A DNA stretch of 64,000 bases from Octopus sinensis (GCF_006345805.1 NC_043018.1:24738001-24802000); one strand, 5' to 3'; counted from the stretch's first letter, positions 12,156 through 26,152 are shown. Made by a program: numbers and translations. Notes: a model not told the origin generated them from the sequence alone.

Positions 12156-12835
12156 GTGTGTATATCGAGTGAGCTTCTTTCAGTTTCCATCTGTGAAATC
12201 CACTCACAAGGCTTTGGTTGGCTGAGGATTACAATAGAAGACACCCAATGTGTCATGCAATAGCACTGAGCCTAAAATCACATGGTTGTGAAGTAAGCTT
12301 CATAATATATTCACATACATTTGGTGCATGAGGTAGTGAGTTCGATTCCCGGACTGGACTGTAGACTGTGTCCTTGAGCAAGGGACTTTATTTCACATTG
12401 CTCCAGTTCACTCAGCTGTAGAAATGTGTTGCAATGTTACTAGTGCCAAGCTGTATCAGCCCCTTTGCCTTTCCCTTGGATAACATCAGTGGCATGGAGA
12501 GGAGAAGCTGGTATGCATGGGTGACTGCTGGTCTTCCATAAACAACTTTGCATGGACTTATGCTTCAGAGGGGAACTTTTCTAATTTTATGGTCATTCAT
12601 GACCAAAAGGGGACTTTACTTTTTTACACACACACACATATATATATATCATCATCATCATCATCGTTTAACGTCCGTTTTCCGCGCTAGCACGGGTTGA
12701 ATGGTTCGACCGGGGTCTGGGAAGCCAGGGGCTGCACCAGGCTCCAGTCTGATCTGGCGGTGTTTCTACAGCTGGATGCCCTTCCTAACGCCAACCACTC
12801 CACGAGTGTATATATATATATATATATATATAGAT

Positions 12836-13185
12836 AGATGGCCCAGTGGTTAGGGCAGCAGATTCGCAGTTGTGGGATCACAGTTTCGATTCCCAGATCG
12901 GGTGTTGTGTTTATTGAGCAAAAAAACACCTAACGCTGCATGAGACTCTAGCAGGGGGTGGTGACGAACCCTGCTGTACTCTTTCACCACAACTTTCTCT
13001 CACTCTTTTTTCAAAGGGCCAGCCTTGTCACACTCTGTCACAGTCTGAATCTCTCCAAGGACTACGTTAAGGGTACACGTGTTTGTGGAGTGCTCAGCCA
13101 CTTACACGTTAATTTCATGAGCAGGCTGTTCTGTTGATTGGATCAACTGGAACCCTCGTTGTCATAACCGACAGAGTGCCATGAC
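12836..13185 (+). mobile_element. tRNA-derived SINE family D. Related copies at about 34250-34450, 36010-36250, 38826-39095
   Basis: ATGGCCCAGTGGTTAGGGCAGC...GTTTCGATTCCCAGA tRNA-like head followed by a shared body. Confidence 0.7.
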
Positions 13186-13379
13186 GACGATATATATATA
13201 TAAACAAGAGGCGCAGGAGTGGCTGTGTGGTAAGTAGCTTGCTAACCAACCACATGGTTCCGGGTTCAGTCCCACTGCGTGGCATTTTGGGCAAGTGTCT
13301 TCTGCTATAGCCCCGGGCCGACCAATGCCTTGTGAGTGGATTTGGTAGACGGAAACTGAAAGAAGCCCATCGTATATAT

Positions 13380-13431
<52 letters not shown>

Positions 13432-14269
13432 CTGTGTTTGTCCCCCTAGCATTGCTTGACAACCGATGTTGGTGTGTTTACGTCCCCCGTCACTTAGCGG
13501 TTCTGGGCTTACAAAGAATAAGTCCCGGGGTTGATTTGCTCAACTAAAGGCGGTGCTCCAGCATGGCCGCAGTCAAATGACTGAAACAAGTAAGAGAGTA
13601 AGAGGAAATAAAAACAACACATTTTATAGTTGTATATTTGTTTATTTTATTATTATGTTTTTAATATAAAAATGTCGTGTTTGCAATTTCAAACATTTTT
13701 TCCGGAAATTTTATTAAAATGACGACAGAAAGAAAAACAAAAGAATTATATAAAAGCAAAAATACTAATCAAAAAAATTTATACAATTTACGTCAAATTG
13801 TTTTTCTATAAAAGGACATTTAGAATGTCTGTTTTTTTTTTTTTGGTTTATTTTTCCTCATTTATTCAGTTTTTTATTTCATAATTTGTTAATCCCTTAA
13901 AAATTATTTTTAAAAAGGAAAATGAAAAAAGGTTAAATTAAAAACAACAAAAAAAAAATGGAAAAAGGCTCACGGCAAATATCTGAGCCCTTCCTCAAGA
14001 CATTGCTATCATGACTATCCAATGTGCAGTGCTTGTGTATGTGTGTGTGAGAATGTATGTGTGTATGAATACATGATCACACAAATGTGTGTATGTGTGT
14101 GTGTGTGTGTGTGTGATATATGTATGTATCTTTATACGTTATATCCTCATCATCATTATCATTTTGCATTTGTTTTCCATGGTGGGAGAGGCTGGATGGG
14201 TTAACGCGATCTGCTTCAGCTTTTACTAAGGATTACTGCTATTCTAGATGGGTCAGAGAACCATGCCTT

Positions 14270-14660
14270 ATATATACATATATATATATATATGCATATA
14301 TACATACTTATACATACATAATATATACATTATATACATATACATACATAATATATACATTATATGCATATATACATACATAATATATATACATTATATA
14401 CATATATACATACATAATATATACATTATATGCATATATACATACTTGTACATACATAATATATATACATTATATGCATATATACATACTTATACATACA
14501 TAATATATATACATTATATGCATATATACATATATATACATACATATAAATACATAATATATATATTATATGCATATATACATACTTATACATACATAAT
14601 ATATACATTATATACATACATACATATATATTATATACACATACAAACTTACATACATAT
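14270..14660. repeat. Compound (TA/CA)n microsatellite with higher-order ~45-bp periodicity. Similar tracts at 16860-17480, 17870-18440, 20830-21065, 48160-49445, 51110-51545, 58310-58900
   Basis: Directly visible; these tracts produce the many spurious YI/CV-rich ORFs. Confidence 0.9.
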
Positions 14661-14997
14661 ATGTATGCATGGGACTAAACATAGACTTGAGCCCGTCCCT
14701 CTTTCTAAGAGGAAACTCTGGTGCCGCTCTTGGAACATCCTTGCCAGGAATGCAAAAGAGAATTTCATAGTTAAGTCGACCCCCCCACCTCCTCTTTCTT
14801 ACAACACCTTTTAACAGCGAAGAAGCCTTTTGATAGTGTCTTATTGTCGATAGTCTTTGAAGCCTCAAGGAAAGTAAATGTAGCCATTTCTATATGCATG
14901 CATATCTGTGTGTGCGTGCACATATACACACATATATTTATATATATATGTTTGTGTGTGTTTGTATATATATATATATACACACATATGCATGTGC

Positions 14998-15033
<36 letters not shown>

Positions 15034-15628
15034 CTCTGTCAGAACCAGGATAATCTGTGGTCTTACAAATCTGTAAATTCATGACAGATGTTAAATATAT
15101 ACACACACACACATACACGCATGTGTGTATGTACATACATATACATACACACACACACATATATATCTTGAGGCTTCAAGATAATGCATGATTAACTCAA
15201 AACAATGTGAATAAATAGACATTGTGTTTGACAGAGGAATCTAAATGCAAAAGAGTTAAGGGATCTCTAAACTCTATTCTTGGTCCCCCTCTGTTTATTA
15301 AAACCCTTGAGGAAATATCCTTACAACCCCAGGATTGGATATCTGTGGGAAGTTTCATATGACAACAATGATGATTATGATGTCCTGTTTCTTATTGCAG
15401 AACGCGTGATGATTATTATTCTGATGATTATTATTCTTGTGTTGTGGGTCTGGGAAAGAAAGGTAGAAACATAACACTGTATTAGTTATGCTAATACTAA
15501 ATGCTTTTATAGAGAGGCATTTCCCGAAGAGGTCTTAGGCAAGCAATGTTTGGGGTCTGAAGATATGCTGTATGGCTAAACCACTTGTGAGCGAGAAACC
15601 CAGGGTAATCCCATAAAACGGCCCCCAT

Positions 15629-15659
<31 letters not shown>

Positions 15660-15989
15660 ACAATAAATTAGAGAGATTCAATATATAGGAGAATTATCAT
15701 TGTCACTAAATGTGATTAGGGTGTTAGAAAACACTTACATTGCTAGAAATAAGAGCTAAAATGCTGTGGTCAATGCACATAAATGTAAACATATATGCAA
15801 ACAGGGACCTTAACTGTCCAAAAAACGCTTGAGAATTGCTTCTTCAATAAGGAATATATTTATGCAGAGGGGTTTCTGGCTAACTGTCAAAGAAGTTGGA
15901 CTTTAGACATGATATGGTGCACGAGAGCAGTTAGCTGTTGGAGCTCTCATAGAATGAAGTTCTTAGAATACGGAAACTTGTTAGACATA

Positions 15990-16530
15990 TGAGATAGCTT
16001 CTGTCTCCTAGGTGACAAAATTAGGGCTGAGGTAGTTGAGATGAAATATGGTAGTTACACTAAATGAAAGGGCTGAAGAGGTACTATTGTTTCTTTGATG
16101 ATTGGTTGTTTTCGTTTAGAAAGAATGGCTTGTATGAAACCTTCATCAAACGTATGATGTTCCTGTTGAGAATGAGATCAGATCATCGCATCAGAAATGT
16201 AGAATTTATCCATGAAGACTGAAGAAAAATAAGTGAGGTAGAGAGGGTTGGATGTGCAAAATAAATATGCATGAAAGGCTGGTATGATTGGGGCCTATGT
16301 GAGCTGAAAGAAAGTGGCTGAGTATTAGAAGCAGTATGGTCAAGTATTACTGGTATGAATGAGTGATGAAGGTGGGGGGTGTTAAAGTGCCATTTTCCTC
16401 ATGGAGAGTGAACAAAATAAAGGAGATTCGAGGAAGAAGTGAGGGGAAATAATGAGGCTAGATCCCAAGATGCTTGGGACCTTGTGGATTGGAGATGACA
16501 CTGGAGCGAAATGAAAGTAGGTGAGATTCA
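15990..16530 (-). mobile_element. Highly decayed CR1/Jockey-like LINE endonuclease remnant
   Basis: Purine-rich plus strand. Minus strand shows weak remnants of the APE ...LDLF..SPLG.SDH region. No intact ORF. Confidence 0.35.
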
Positions 16531-17235
16531 TCTAACTTAGAGCTGCTGCATAGGAAAACAGAAAATAAATGCCAACGATGATGATGATGATGAAGAAGTG
16601 TACATAAAACCACTCACTCAATGACTCTCTCCACAGTTGAAGGGGTTGTCTTACGAGTTACTTGGTGGTCTTACTGGTAGTTGTGCCCTGTAAAATACGT
16701 CCTGTACACTCTGTAAAGTGATCGGTGTTAGGAGGGGCATCCAGCCGTAGAAACCATGCGAAAGCAGACAGTAAAGCGAGGCAGTCTTCTGACTTGCCAG
16801 CTCCTCTCCAACTGTCCAACCCATGCCAGCATGGAAAGCATATGTTCAATGGTGATGATGTATACACACACACATATATGCACATATATATATATATACA
16901 TATACACAAACATATACATACATACATTGTTATATGTATATATATACATGGATGGCGTTAGGAAGGGTATCCAGCTGTAAGAAACACAGCCATATCAGAC
17001 TGGAGCCAGGTGCAGCCTCCTGGCTTCCCAGACCCAGGTCGAACCGTCCAACCCATGCTAGCATGGAAAACGGACGTTAAACGATGATGATGATGATGAT
17101 TGCGTGTATAATGTGTACATACATACATTATGTGTGTGTGTGTATATATATATATACACACACAAAGTGTATGTGTGTGTCTGTATATATATATATATAT
17201 ATATAGTATGTATATATATATATATATATATAGTA

Positions 17236-17305
<70 letters not shown>

Positions 17306-17404
17306 TATTGTGTATACACACACACACATGTGCATGACCTTCTGGAAAACATGCCTCATTCATTTTGTCTTTCAGAAAGCAACGTTTGTGCCAGTGATTA
17401 TGGT

Positions 17405-17440
<36 letters not shown>

Positions 17441-18067
17441 TAAGTTTATATGTGTGTATGTGTCTTTGTGTATCTCCTGGTGTGTGTGTATATGCAACCC
17501 GGTGTGTATACATGTACACTGACATGTATAAATGCAGCTGCAAGAGCCAGACAATGAATGATAGTCAAATCATTATTAACAACAACACAATCTGCTGAAG
17601 ACTGTGTCTTTTGATTCCCTTGTACTGCCAAACGTTTTCCCTTTAGGCCTTCATCTAACTGCTGTGATGCTCTACAAAAGAGTCAAAATAGCATCCTGAC
17701 AGCTGTTGCTGCTGTTGGTTTGAGATAAAAGGAATGGAATAATAAAAAAAAAAATAATAAAAGGACAGGTGTAAACGAGAGGTAATCAACTACCTTGGCT
17801 AAACCAAAACTGAAAGAAGAGTTTTAAAAGTAACGAAGCGCAGAAACAAGGGTCAGACGAAAGTTGTGTGTGTATTTTTGTTGATGGATATCTGTGTGGT
17901 ATTGTGGGTATGTGGGTGTGTGAATTTATCTACAGATATATGTGTATGCATAGGCATACATATGTATGTGTGTATGAAAATATAGACTTGTCTATGGATA
18001 TGTATGTGTATATATATATATACATATTGTATGTGTGTATATGTATGAATTTGTCTATAGTTATGTA

Positions 18068-18118
<51 letters not shown>

Positions 18119-18157
18119 GTATGTGTGTATATGTATGAATTTGTCTATGGATATGTA

Positions 18158-18191
<34 letters not shown>

Positions 18192-18709
18192 CACATATGT
18201 ATGTGTGTATATGAATGAATTTGTCTATGTATGTATATATGTGTGTGTGTGTATATGTATGAATTTGTCTATGGATATGTGTATGTATGTATACATATAT
18301 ACACATATGTATGGATCTGTCTATGGAGGTGTGTATGTACATATATTTGTATGTGTGTGTACATATGTATATAAGTATGGATATACAATATTTATCAATG
18401 GCTGTGTGTGTGAATGTATGCATGTATGTATATAATGTAGACACGCGTTTGTATTATTACATCATTGAACCATCACAGCCAAGGCTGTGCATGGGGCATG
18501 TATGCGCGTACTATAAAGTTGCATTTTATAAACCTTGTGATTTTGGTGATATCATCAACTTACTAATTGACTAATTAGCTGCCATTAGTTGAAGAATATT
18601 TCAGTTCATCATTTTATAATTTATTTTTTTGACATTTTCAACTTTCATATCAAAGTGAAAAAAATTCAGGAAACCAGGACAGATAGTAAAAAAGAAACAT
18701 GAACAACAC

Positions 18710-19500
18710 AGTTTTAACTAATTTGTTCACTACCTAAATTAACAACAGCCACATTGAATTTCACTGTTCACTGTCTAAATTGCAATTAACACAATCTAAA
18801 CTACTCACTACCAAAATAACCATTAACATTTTTAAGCTGTTCACTACCTAAATTTCCATCAACACTAGTTTACACTGTTCACTACCATTAACAATGTTTA
18901 ACCAAACTGTTCACCACCCAAATTATCATCAAACACCATTTAACTAAACATCATTAGCACCATTTGATTAAACACTATTTAACTAAACTATTCACTATCC
19001 TAATTACAATTAACAACATTGAAACTGTTCACTACATAAATTGCTGTTAACACTATGTAGCTAAACTGTACACTATCCTAATCATCATTTAGGCTGTTCA
19101 CAATCCCAGATATCATTAACAATGTTTGACTAAATTGTTCACTATAACAGTCACTATTAACATCATCTAACTGAACTTTTCATTCTATTAATTGGCATCA
19201 AGTGTTTCACCTGTTCACTAACCAAATTACTGTTAACACTGTTCACTGTCATAATAATCATTAACCTGTTCACTCTATTAATTGCCATCAACAGTTTCAA
19301 CTATTCACTATACTCTAATCACCATTAACACTCTTTAACATGTTCACTATCTAAATTCTGTTAACACTATATAGTTAAACTGTACACTATCCTAATCATT
19401 ATTACCCAAATTACCATTAACACCATTTAATTAAAATGTTTACTATGATTACTCTTAGCACTGTTTAACAAAACTGTTCACAACCTAAAATAACATTAAA
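18710..19500. repeat. Diverged ~35-40 bp minisatellite (about 20 units)
   Basis: Recurrent ACTGTTCACTA(C/T)..AAATT..CATTAACA units. Confidence 0.75.
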
Positions 19501-19759
19501 CAACTTAGAATTCAAACTTGGCTTCACTGAGCCAGTGATGGAATTGGTACATTGCTGTAGGTTAGTCCCAGATGAACGATGCCACCAGCTGTGGATTGTT
19601 TGCACAACAGATAACCAAAACTTAGCAATGAGCATATTAAACCAAGTTGTTGCATTTTAACCCTGGGTCAGCTTTAATTGAGCAGATCTATGATGAAAGG
19701 TGTTGTAGTCATGATCATTCTGGTTAGCGAAGTTGTTTTTTTTCTGATATGGTCTTCTT

Positions 19760-20115
19760 CAGTGAGCTCACATTAGGGAGAAGACCATGGGTGCACCCTC
19801 TTTGAAGATACATGGACCAACTCAAAGCAACACTGAAAGCCACTGGAATTGAACCTAAATCATTTGAAACACAAGCCTGAGACTGTACCAAGCAGCAGTG
19901 TTCCATCACCATTGGAACCCAAAACTTCGAAGCCACCAGAAGAGAAAAGGAAGAACTCAAGTGACAGGAGAGAAAGGCTCAACAAAACCAACCTCGTCCC
20001 CCACCAACATTGCCATTCTGTCAATGCCATTGGCTCTTCTATGCAAGAATTGGTCTACAGTCATCAATGCCATCACCATAAAGGAAGCGTTCAGCAAAGA
20101 AGGAAATAAATTCTT
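19760..20115 (+). mobile_element. Decayed RTE 3' fragment
   Basis: Sequence resembles the RTE C-terminus and 3' region seen at 9040-9400 (gagctc...GG...ccaactcaaagcaacactgaaag; catcaccataaaggaagc). Confidence 0.55.
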
Positions 20116-21644
20116 GAATACGAGATAAAGCTGCCACCATTGACAAGTGTATCTATGACTACATTATCCAATGTGCTTTTTCCTTTAACAACACTGTGTG
20201 TTATTTGAGTGAGATTTCACTGGTATTTTAGCAGTTCAAGAAACTACATAAAGATTCCCCAATCGATCTGCAAGAAATAGCAGCCAAATCTTCCTCAAAT
20301 TACAAACAAATATCTTAAAAGGGAAATAGCACATTGGATATGCGAGGAGAAAACAAAGAAAAGCTTCAACAGCTGGAGCAAAGCTGACCTAGAACTAAAA
20401 AGCAACAACTTAGCTTAATTTACTTATTGTTTGCTGTGTCTATCATTTGTTTTATCTCATTCAAACTAGCCACACCTGGTGGATCTGTCGACACGTTACC
20501 ATTTAATTGTTGGAAAACATCCAATAAATTGCACAGAAAACACCATTTTTCTTTATATATTTCATTATTTGATAATTTACATCATTATAAAATATGAATA
20601 TGTCTTTAGTATTGTGAAGGTTGAAGGATTAAACCTTCAGCAATACTCTCTATTCTACACTATATACATGATCTATACTATTGTTTTTTCTTTTTTTTTA
20701 CATAGATGATGACGTGTTAAGCCTTAAACAAGACACTCCACTCTATTCTATGTCAATACATCAAGAGAGTCTAATACTGTTACTATTATGAAAGTTAGTT
20801 AAACCTAAGACAAGACACATTTTTCTACTATACACATATGTATGGATGTGTGTTTGTGTATATATATACATATATATTATGCATATATATATATCTATAT
20901 ATGTATATACACATATATATATATATATGTATATATACACACACATATATGTATATATATATATATACATACACACACATATATACATCTGTTTATATAT
21001 ACATGTGTGTGTGTGCATATATGTACGTATATATACATGTATGTAAATATATACACACACACACATGCAAATCATTAGTACATCTATTATTATTAGAAAA
21101 GTAGATGAATCAAACCTTAGACAAGACACACCACTCTACATAAATACATCACCATTGCATCCAGCAAAATTTGTATTGTGAATGTTAAAGAACAATCTTT
21201 CAGGCAAGATGCAAACCTCTTCAGTATTTAAATTCATTCATAGGCCTAACACCATTTCTAATTTGAATGCTACTCTACTCCACAATGGTAAAAAAAAAAA
21301 ATACACTCATTCCTCCCTTTAACAGATTTCGGAAGCAGGGGACAAAATCACGGCATATCAACAACACCTCTTCACCATCCATGGTAAGAATGATTGTAAA
21401 TTAAAAATGTTGAGTTTACAGTATTTATAGAGTATATTTACAGTGTACAGGTATTTCAAACTGTCTGATTGGAGAGTGTACAGTATTTATTCCTCTGTCT
21501 TTTGTAATGTAATTGTTGATATATTAGCCACCCCCAATGTAGTGTTGGTACCTATGGACAGTCAGCTTCATTGGACTGATGTTCCCCGCTTTTAGTCCGT
21601 AGTACTGAGGTATGAGTGTACCTAGGTATATTAGTTTAAGATTT

Positions 21645-21844
21645 AGACACAAGGCCTGAAATTTGGTGGGAGGGGATAAGTCGATTGCATTGACCCCAGT
21701 GTTCAACTGGTACTTGTTTTATCGACCCCGAAAGAATGAAAGGCAAAGTCGACCTCGGTGGAATTTGAACTCAGAACGTAGTGGGAGATGAAATACCACT
21801 AAGCATTTCGCCCAGCGTGCTAACGATTCTGCCAGCTCACCACC

Positions 21845-21846
<2 letters not shown>
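21645..21846 (-). mobile_element. tRNA-derived SINE family B (MetaSINE-like core). Further copies at about 452-720, 11575-11720, 24130-24960, 26440-27160, 29495-29695, 44040-44830, 59320-59550, 60860-61070, 62470-62705
   Basis: AGGCGGCGAGCTGGCAGAA head, GAGTTCAAATTCC B-box, core GTCGACTTTGCCTTTCATCCTTTCGGGGTCGATAAATTAAGTACCAG. More than 15 copies. Confidence 0.8.
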
Positions 21847-21877
<31 letters not shown>

Positions 21878-23393
21878 GTAATAAAATTTATGCTGAAGGT
21901 TTAAATTCTATCTCACACTACTGTATTAGTATAAAAAGGGTAACTAATACAAAATGATTAATTACTAAAATTTAGGACTAATTAGAAAATTTTCATTTAA
22001 AAAAGAGAATTTTCAAAGCTAAAACTATTTTCTTTGTGGAATTTATTTCTACGTAAGAATTATAAAGATTTCACATTTATTCATATTGATAAGACAACGG
22101 TGCATTATGCAAATATTGTAATTCATAACATCCCTCAAACATTCAGTAAATGTATTGATATGATATATCTCCAAACAGTTGTAATTATTAATAATAATAA
22201 TAATAATAATTATTATTTCTTCTGACTTTGTCTCAAGGCCACAAATTTAGGGGTAGAAAAGGTAAGAGTATAGGTGACTATATCGCCATCCCTTGTACCT
22301 GACTGGAACTTACCAGTGATGTCACTGATTTTATGTGATCACACTGATTACTGTTTAATTACAAGGAAATGTAATTATTATTTTTTTTTTTTGCATTTTT
22401 ACGATATTTCACTATTAAACTTTAATATTTAGTACTTGCGTTTATTTAAATATCCTTGAAACCATGTCAAAGATATAGAATAAAATACTTTCTCAAATTA
22501 TCAAAATGTGCCACCAATGGTATATGTAGCAGTTAACGTGTTGATTTTATCAACCCTGGAAAGAGGATAAGTAAAGGTGACCTCAACAGGACACCAGCTT
22601 ACATGCGAAGAGAACAGACATAACAAAATAGCACAAGGTATTTTATCTGTCTGTCTGTCTCTCTAACAATTCCATCAAACCTCTGACCTTGCATCCCAGT
22701 ATTGGCTACAAGACCACAAATTTACAAGGGAAAGGAATAACGAATTTAAAGGTTACCAGTTCTTGGCTGGTACTTAAATTTAATTTTCATTCAACCCCAA
22801 TAGAATGAAAGGTAAAGTTGACCTTGATGAGAATTGAACAGAGAACACTGAATTCTGTAAGGCTTTTACTGAAACTACATACTAAAAAGATTTCATAAAA
22901 CTACATATATATATATATAAGGCATTTACTAAAACTACATACAAGTAAGGCTTTTAGCTTGGTGTTCTACAGTTTCTGCTAATTGCAAAGGATGTTAAAT
23001 TTTCAAATATTTGTTTTTAAAATTCACGTCTATTTAAATCACCATCAATTGACCAACAGAAATGTAAATTTACAGACCTATACTACCGAATCTGGCCTTT
23101 TCACTCTGCTCGCAAATACCCCTCTAAATTTATGATCAACCAAACACTTCTTCTCAACACATTAGCATAATTCAAAACATTTCCCGCTTCATTCTGTGTC
23201 ACCATATTTCTAGGTTTAAAACTTTTCACAGGGTTCTGTTGCCATTGCATTCAAAAACTCCTTCACTTATTCCCACATGTGCTTCTTAACATCTGAACAC
23301 TTTCTTGGCTCACCTACATTCAAGTTTTAAGACAATCAATACATTTCACTCAAACACTTTGTAACTTCACTGCCTTCCATTCATTGTGCTTAA

Positions 23394-23614
23394 CTCTTTA
23401 GTGTTTAAACTGGCCAAATCTGGCCCAAGATATTCTACATATTTTATATTCAAACTGGCCATATCTAGCCTCTCACACCTAACCTACATTGACAGCCTAA
23501 AAATAAACAATCACATCATTGAAACCTCAAAGCTATAAGGTAATGCATGATTAATTCAAAACAATTTAAATAAAAAAGCATTACATTTAACAGAGTAATC
23601 TGAACACTAAAGGG
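23394..23614. mobile_element. TTAA-flanked piggyBac-type MITE (family also at ~2270-2350, 15170-15260, 31444-31664, 40747-41835)
   Basis: TTAA|CTCTTTAG ... CTAAAGGG|TTCA. The same internal sequence (cagattactctgtcaaatgtaatgcttatt) recurs five or more times in the window. Confidence 0.7.
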
Positions 23615-24793
23615 TTCAATTTCTGGTCTAACCTCTTTGGCCAACCTGCATTCAGATTCTGTAATGCTCGATTTATCTTAGTCAAACATTTCTTTGGTTC
23701 CACTCATGCCTGTTTAAAGCATTTTGGTACCTACTATTCACAGATGGAAGCCAGCAGTAGTCTCTCTCATTCCTCATGTTCTCTTTTAATTATTTTGTCT
23801 CTCAAATATCCCCACAACACCTTTCACTCCACACACATTTACTAATGCCGTATTTTATCCAAACATGTCAATATCTATAAATTTACTCATCTGCTTCTTC
23901 CTTGTCTCTTGTCTTTTAATCCTTATTTTGGAGGAAGGAGCCACCATTAATGACTCCTTCTTTCGTTAAGTTTTAGAAAGCTCAGATCCCTGGTGTTCTA
24001 ACAATGCTGCCAATCCAATACCGTCAAAGTAGATCTTGGCCAGATTCCAACTTAGACTGAAAAAGCCAGAACTATTACAACAAGGCATTTTTGCTCAAAA
24101 TTTTGATAATAATAATAATAATAATAATAATACTTCTTTCTACTGGAAGCACAAGGCCTCAAATTTGGGGGAGGGGATTAAGTCAATTACATCGACCCCA
24201 GTGTGTAACTGGTACTTATTTAATCAACCCTGAAAGGAAGAAAGGCAAAGTCAACCTTGGCAACTGAGAACATAGCGGCAGATGAAATACTGTTAAGCAT
24301 TTCACTCAGCATGCTAACGATTCTGCCAGCTTGCCACCTCAATAATAATAATAATAATAATAATAATTTCAAATTTTGGCACAAGGGCAGCCATTTTGGA
24401 GGAGGAGGGTGTCGGTTACAGTGGTACTTATTTTATCAACCCTAAAAAGACGAAAGGCAAAGTCGACCTCAGAACATAGCGATGGGTGAAATACTGTTTA
24501 AACATTTTGTCCAGCGTGCTAACGATTCTGCCAGCTTGTTACCTTCAATAATAGTAATAATAATAATAATAATAATAATCCTTTCTACTAAAGGCACAAG
24601 GCCTGAAATTTGTGGGGAGGTGGTAAGTCGGTTACATCGACCCCAGTACTCAACTGGTACTTAATTTATCGACCCCAAAAGGATGAAAGGCAAAGTCGAC
24701 CTTAGCAGAATTTGAACTCAGAACGTAGTGGCAGACAAAATACCATTAAGCCTTTTGCCCAGAGTACTAATAATTATTGCCAGTTCACCACCT

Positions 24794-24826
<33 letters not shown>

Positions 24827-25976
24827 GCTTTTCTGATTTGGGCACAAGGCCAACAATTTTGAGGAGAGGGGCTGGGGAGTCAATACAGTTGACCCCAGTA
24901 ATTGATCGGTACCTAATTTTATCAATCCCAGAAAGGATGGAAAGTAAAGTTGATCCCAAAGGGATATATAACGAAAATAAAGTCCACTCTGTTATATTTT
25001 ACAATTGAGTGGCTTAAAATTAAACTTAGAAATTTTAACAAATCGTTCATTTTACAGCAAGGGATATTTAAAAAAAAAAACAGGTTAAAAAACAATACAA
25101 TAACAGAAATAAAACATATACATACTGTGTAGGACGGACCTAAGGTCAAAATCTAGGAAGCTCCAAAAAGGCAGGTCAAGAAATAGGACATTTTTTTTTG
25201 TCGTTTGTTTTATACAAATTTTCGAAGCTTTCCTGTATGAAACCAATTAAACCAATTTTTAGTCAACAACAACGGATATATTCCCTTCAAATTGGGAATT
25301 CATAAAATAATATAAATCCATTTTTTCATGAGGGAACGGAGAGATCTGTGAAATATCGGGTTCTTTTGCCGCTGCAGATTTTCGTCGGGGTCAAAATCAA
25401 GTTGTTTAAAATATAGAGATAAGATTTTCTTTTTTTTTTAGTTTTTGTTTTCAAGCCAAGGGAGACAACTAACAAACCATTAATTCAAGGGAAACTACTC
25501 GCAAACAATCAAGTTATTTCTGTTGCTTTTGTTTTTTTTAATGCTTTCAAATGGACGCCAACTCGTTAAAACATCGTTATACGAACCTCTGACTCATGCA
25601 TACGTATTCTTTTCAGAGTTTCTTATCACTAAGCTTTGATGATGCTACAAAGGGTAACACACAAGCGTTCAACCATGACTGCATTACATCTTATAGAACA
25701 AACAGCTGTGAGCTAACGAACTTCATAACATAATTTACTGGTCATTTTAATTCCTTATATACATACATATAACATGCTACTACTCTTTCTAGCACAAGGC
25801 TTTCCTATTTGGAAGCCTCTTATTGTATTACATATAACATACATGTATATACATACACAATGTATATATACACACACATACGTGTGTGTATATATATATA
25901 TATACTTTATTTAAAGCAGCAGAAAATTCAACAAAACCTGTTACTCTGAGTTTCCTGTTGCCTTTCCTAGCAAAAA

Positions 25977-26014
25977 CTGTCCGATGAACGGCAACGGGAA
26001 ACTCAGAGTAACAG
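25977..26014 (+). ncRNA. Minimal type-I hammerhead ribozyme motif (Penelope-like), U4C core variant
   Basis: CTGT-CCGATGA-ACG[GCAA]CGG-GAAA-CTC A GAG-TA-ACAG: stem I CTGT/ACAG, GNRA-capped stem II, palindromic stem III, GUA triplet. Confidence 0.55.
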
Positions 26015-26117
26015 GTTTTGTTGAATTTTCTGCTGCTTTAAATAAAGCATATTACTCTATCACTGGAATTTGAGTACTCTTTTTTCCACCTTGTTTCACA
26101 TTTATGTGTTTACTCCG

Positions 26118-26152
<35 letters not shown>

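Noticed and set aside
20425-20590. Minus-strand 53-codon open stretch (…KEKWCFLCNLLDVFQQLNG…) faintly like a hAT/Buster transposase segment
   Set aside because: Too short, has no start or splice support, and the similarity is only impressionistic.
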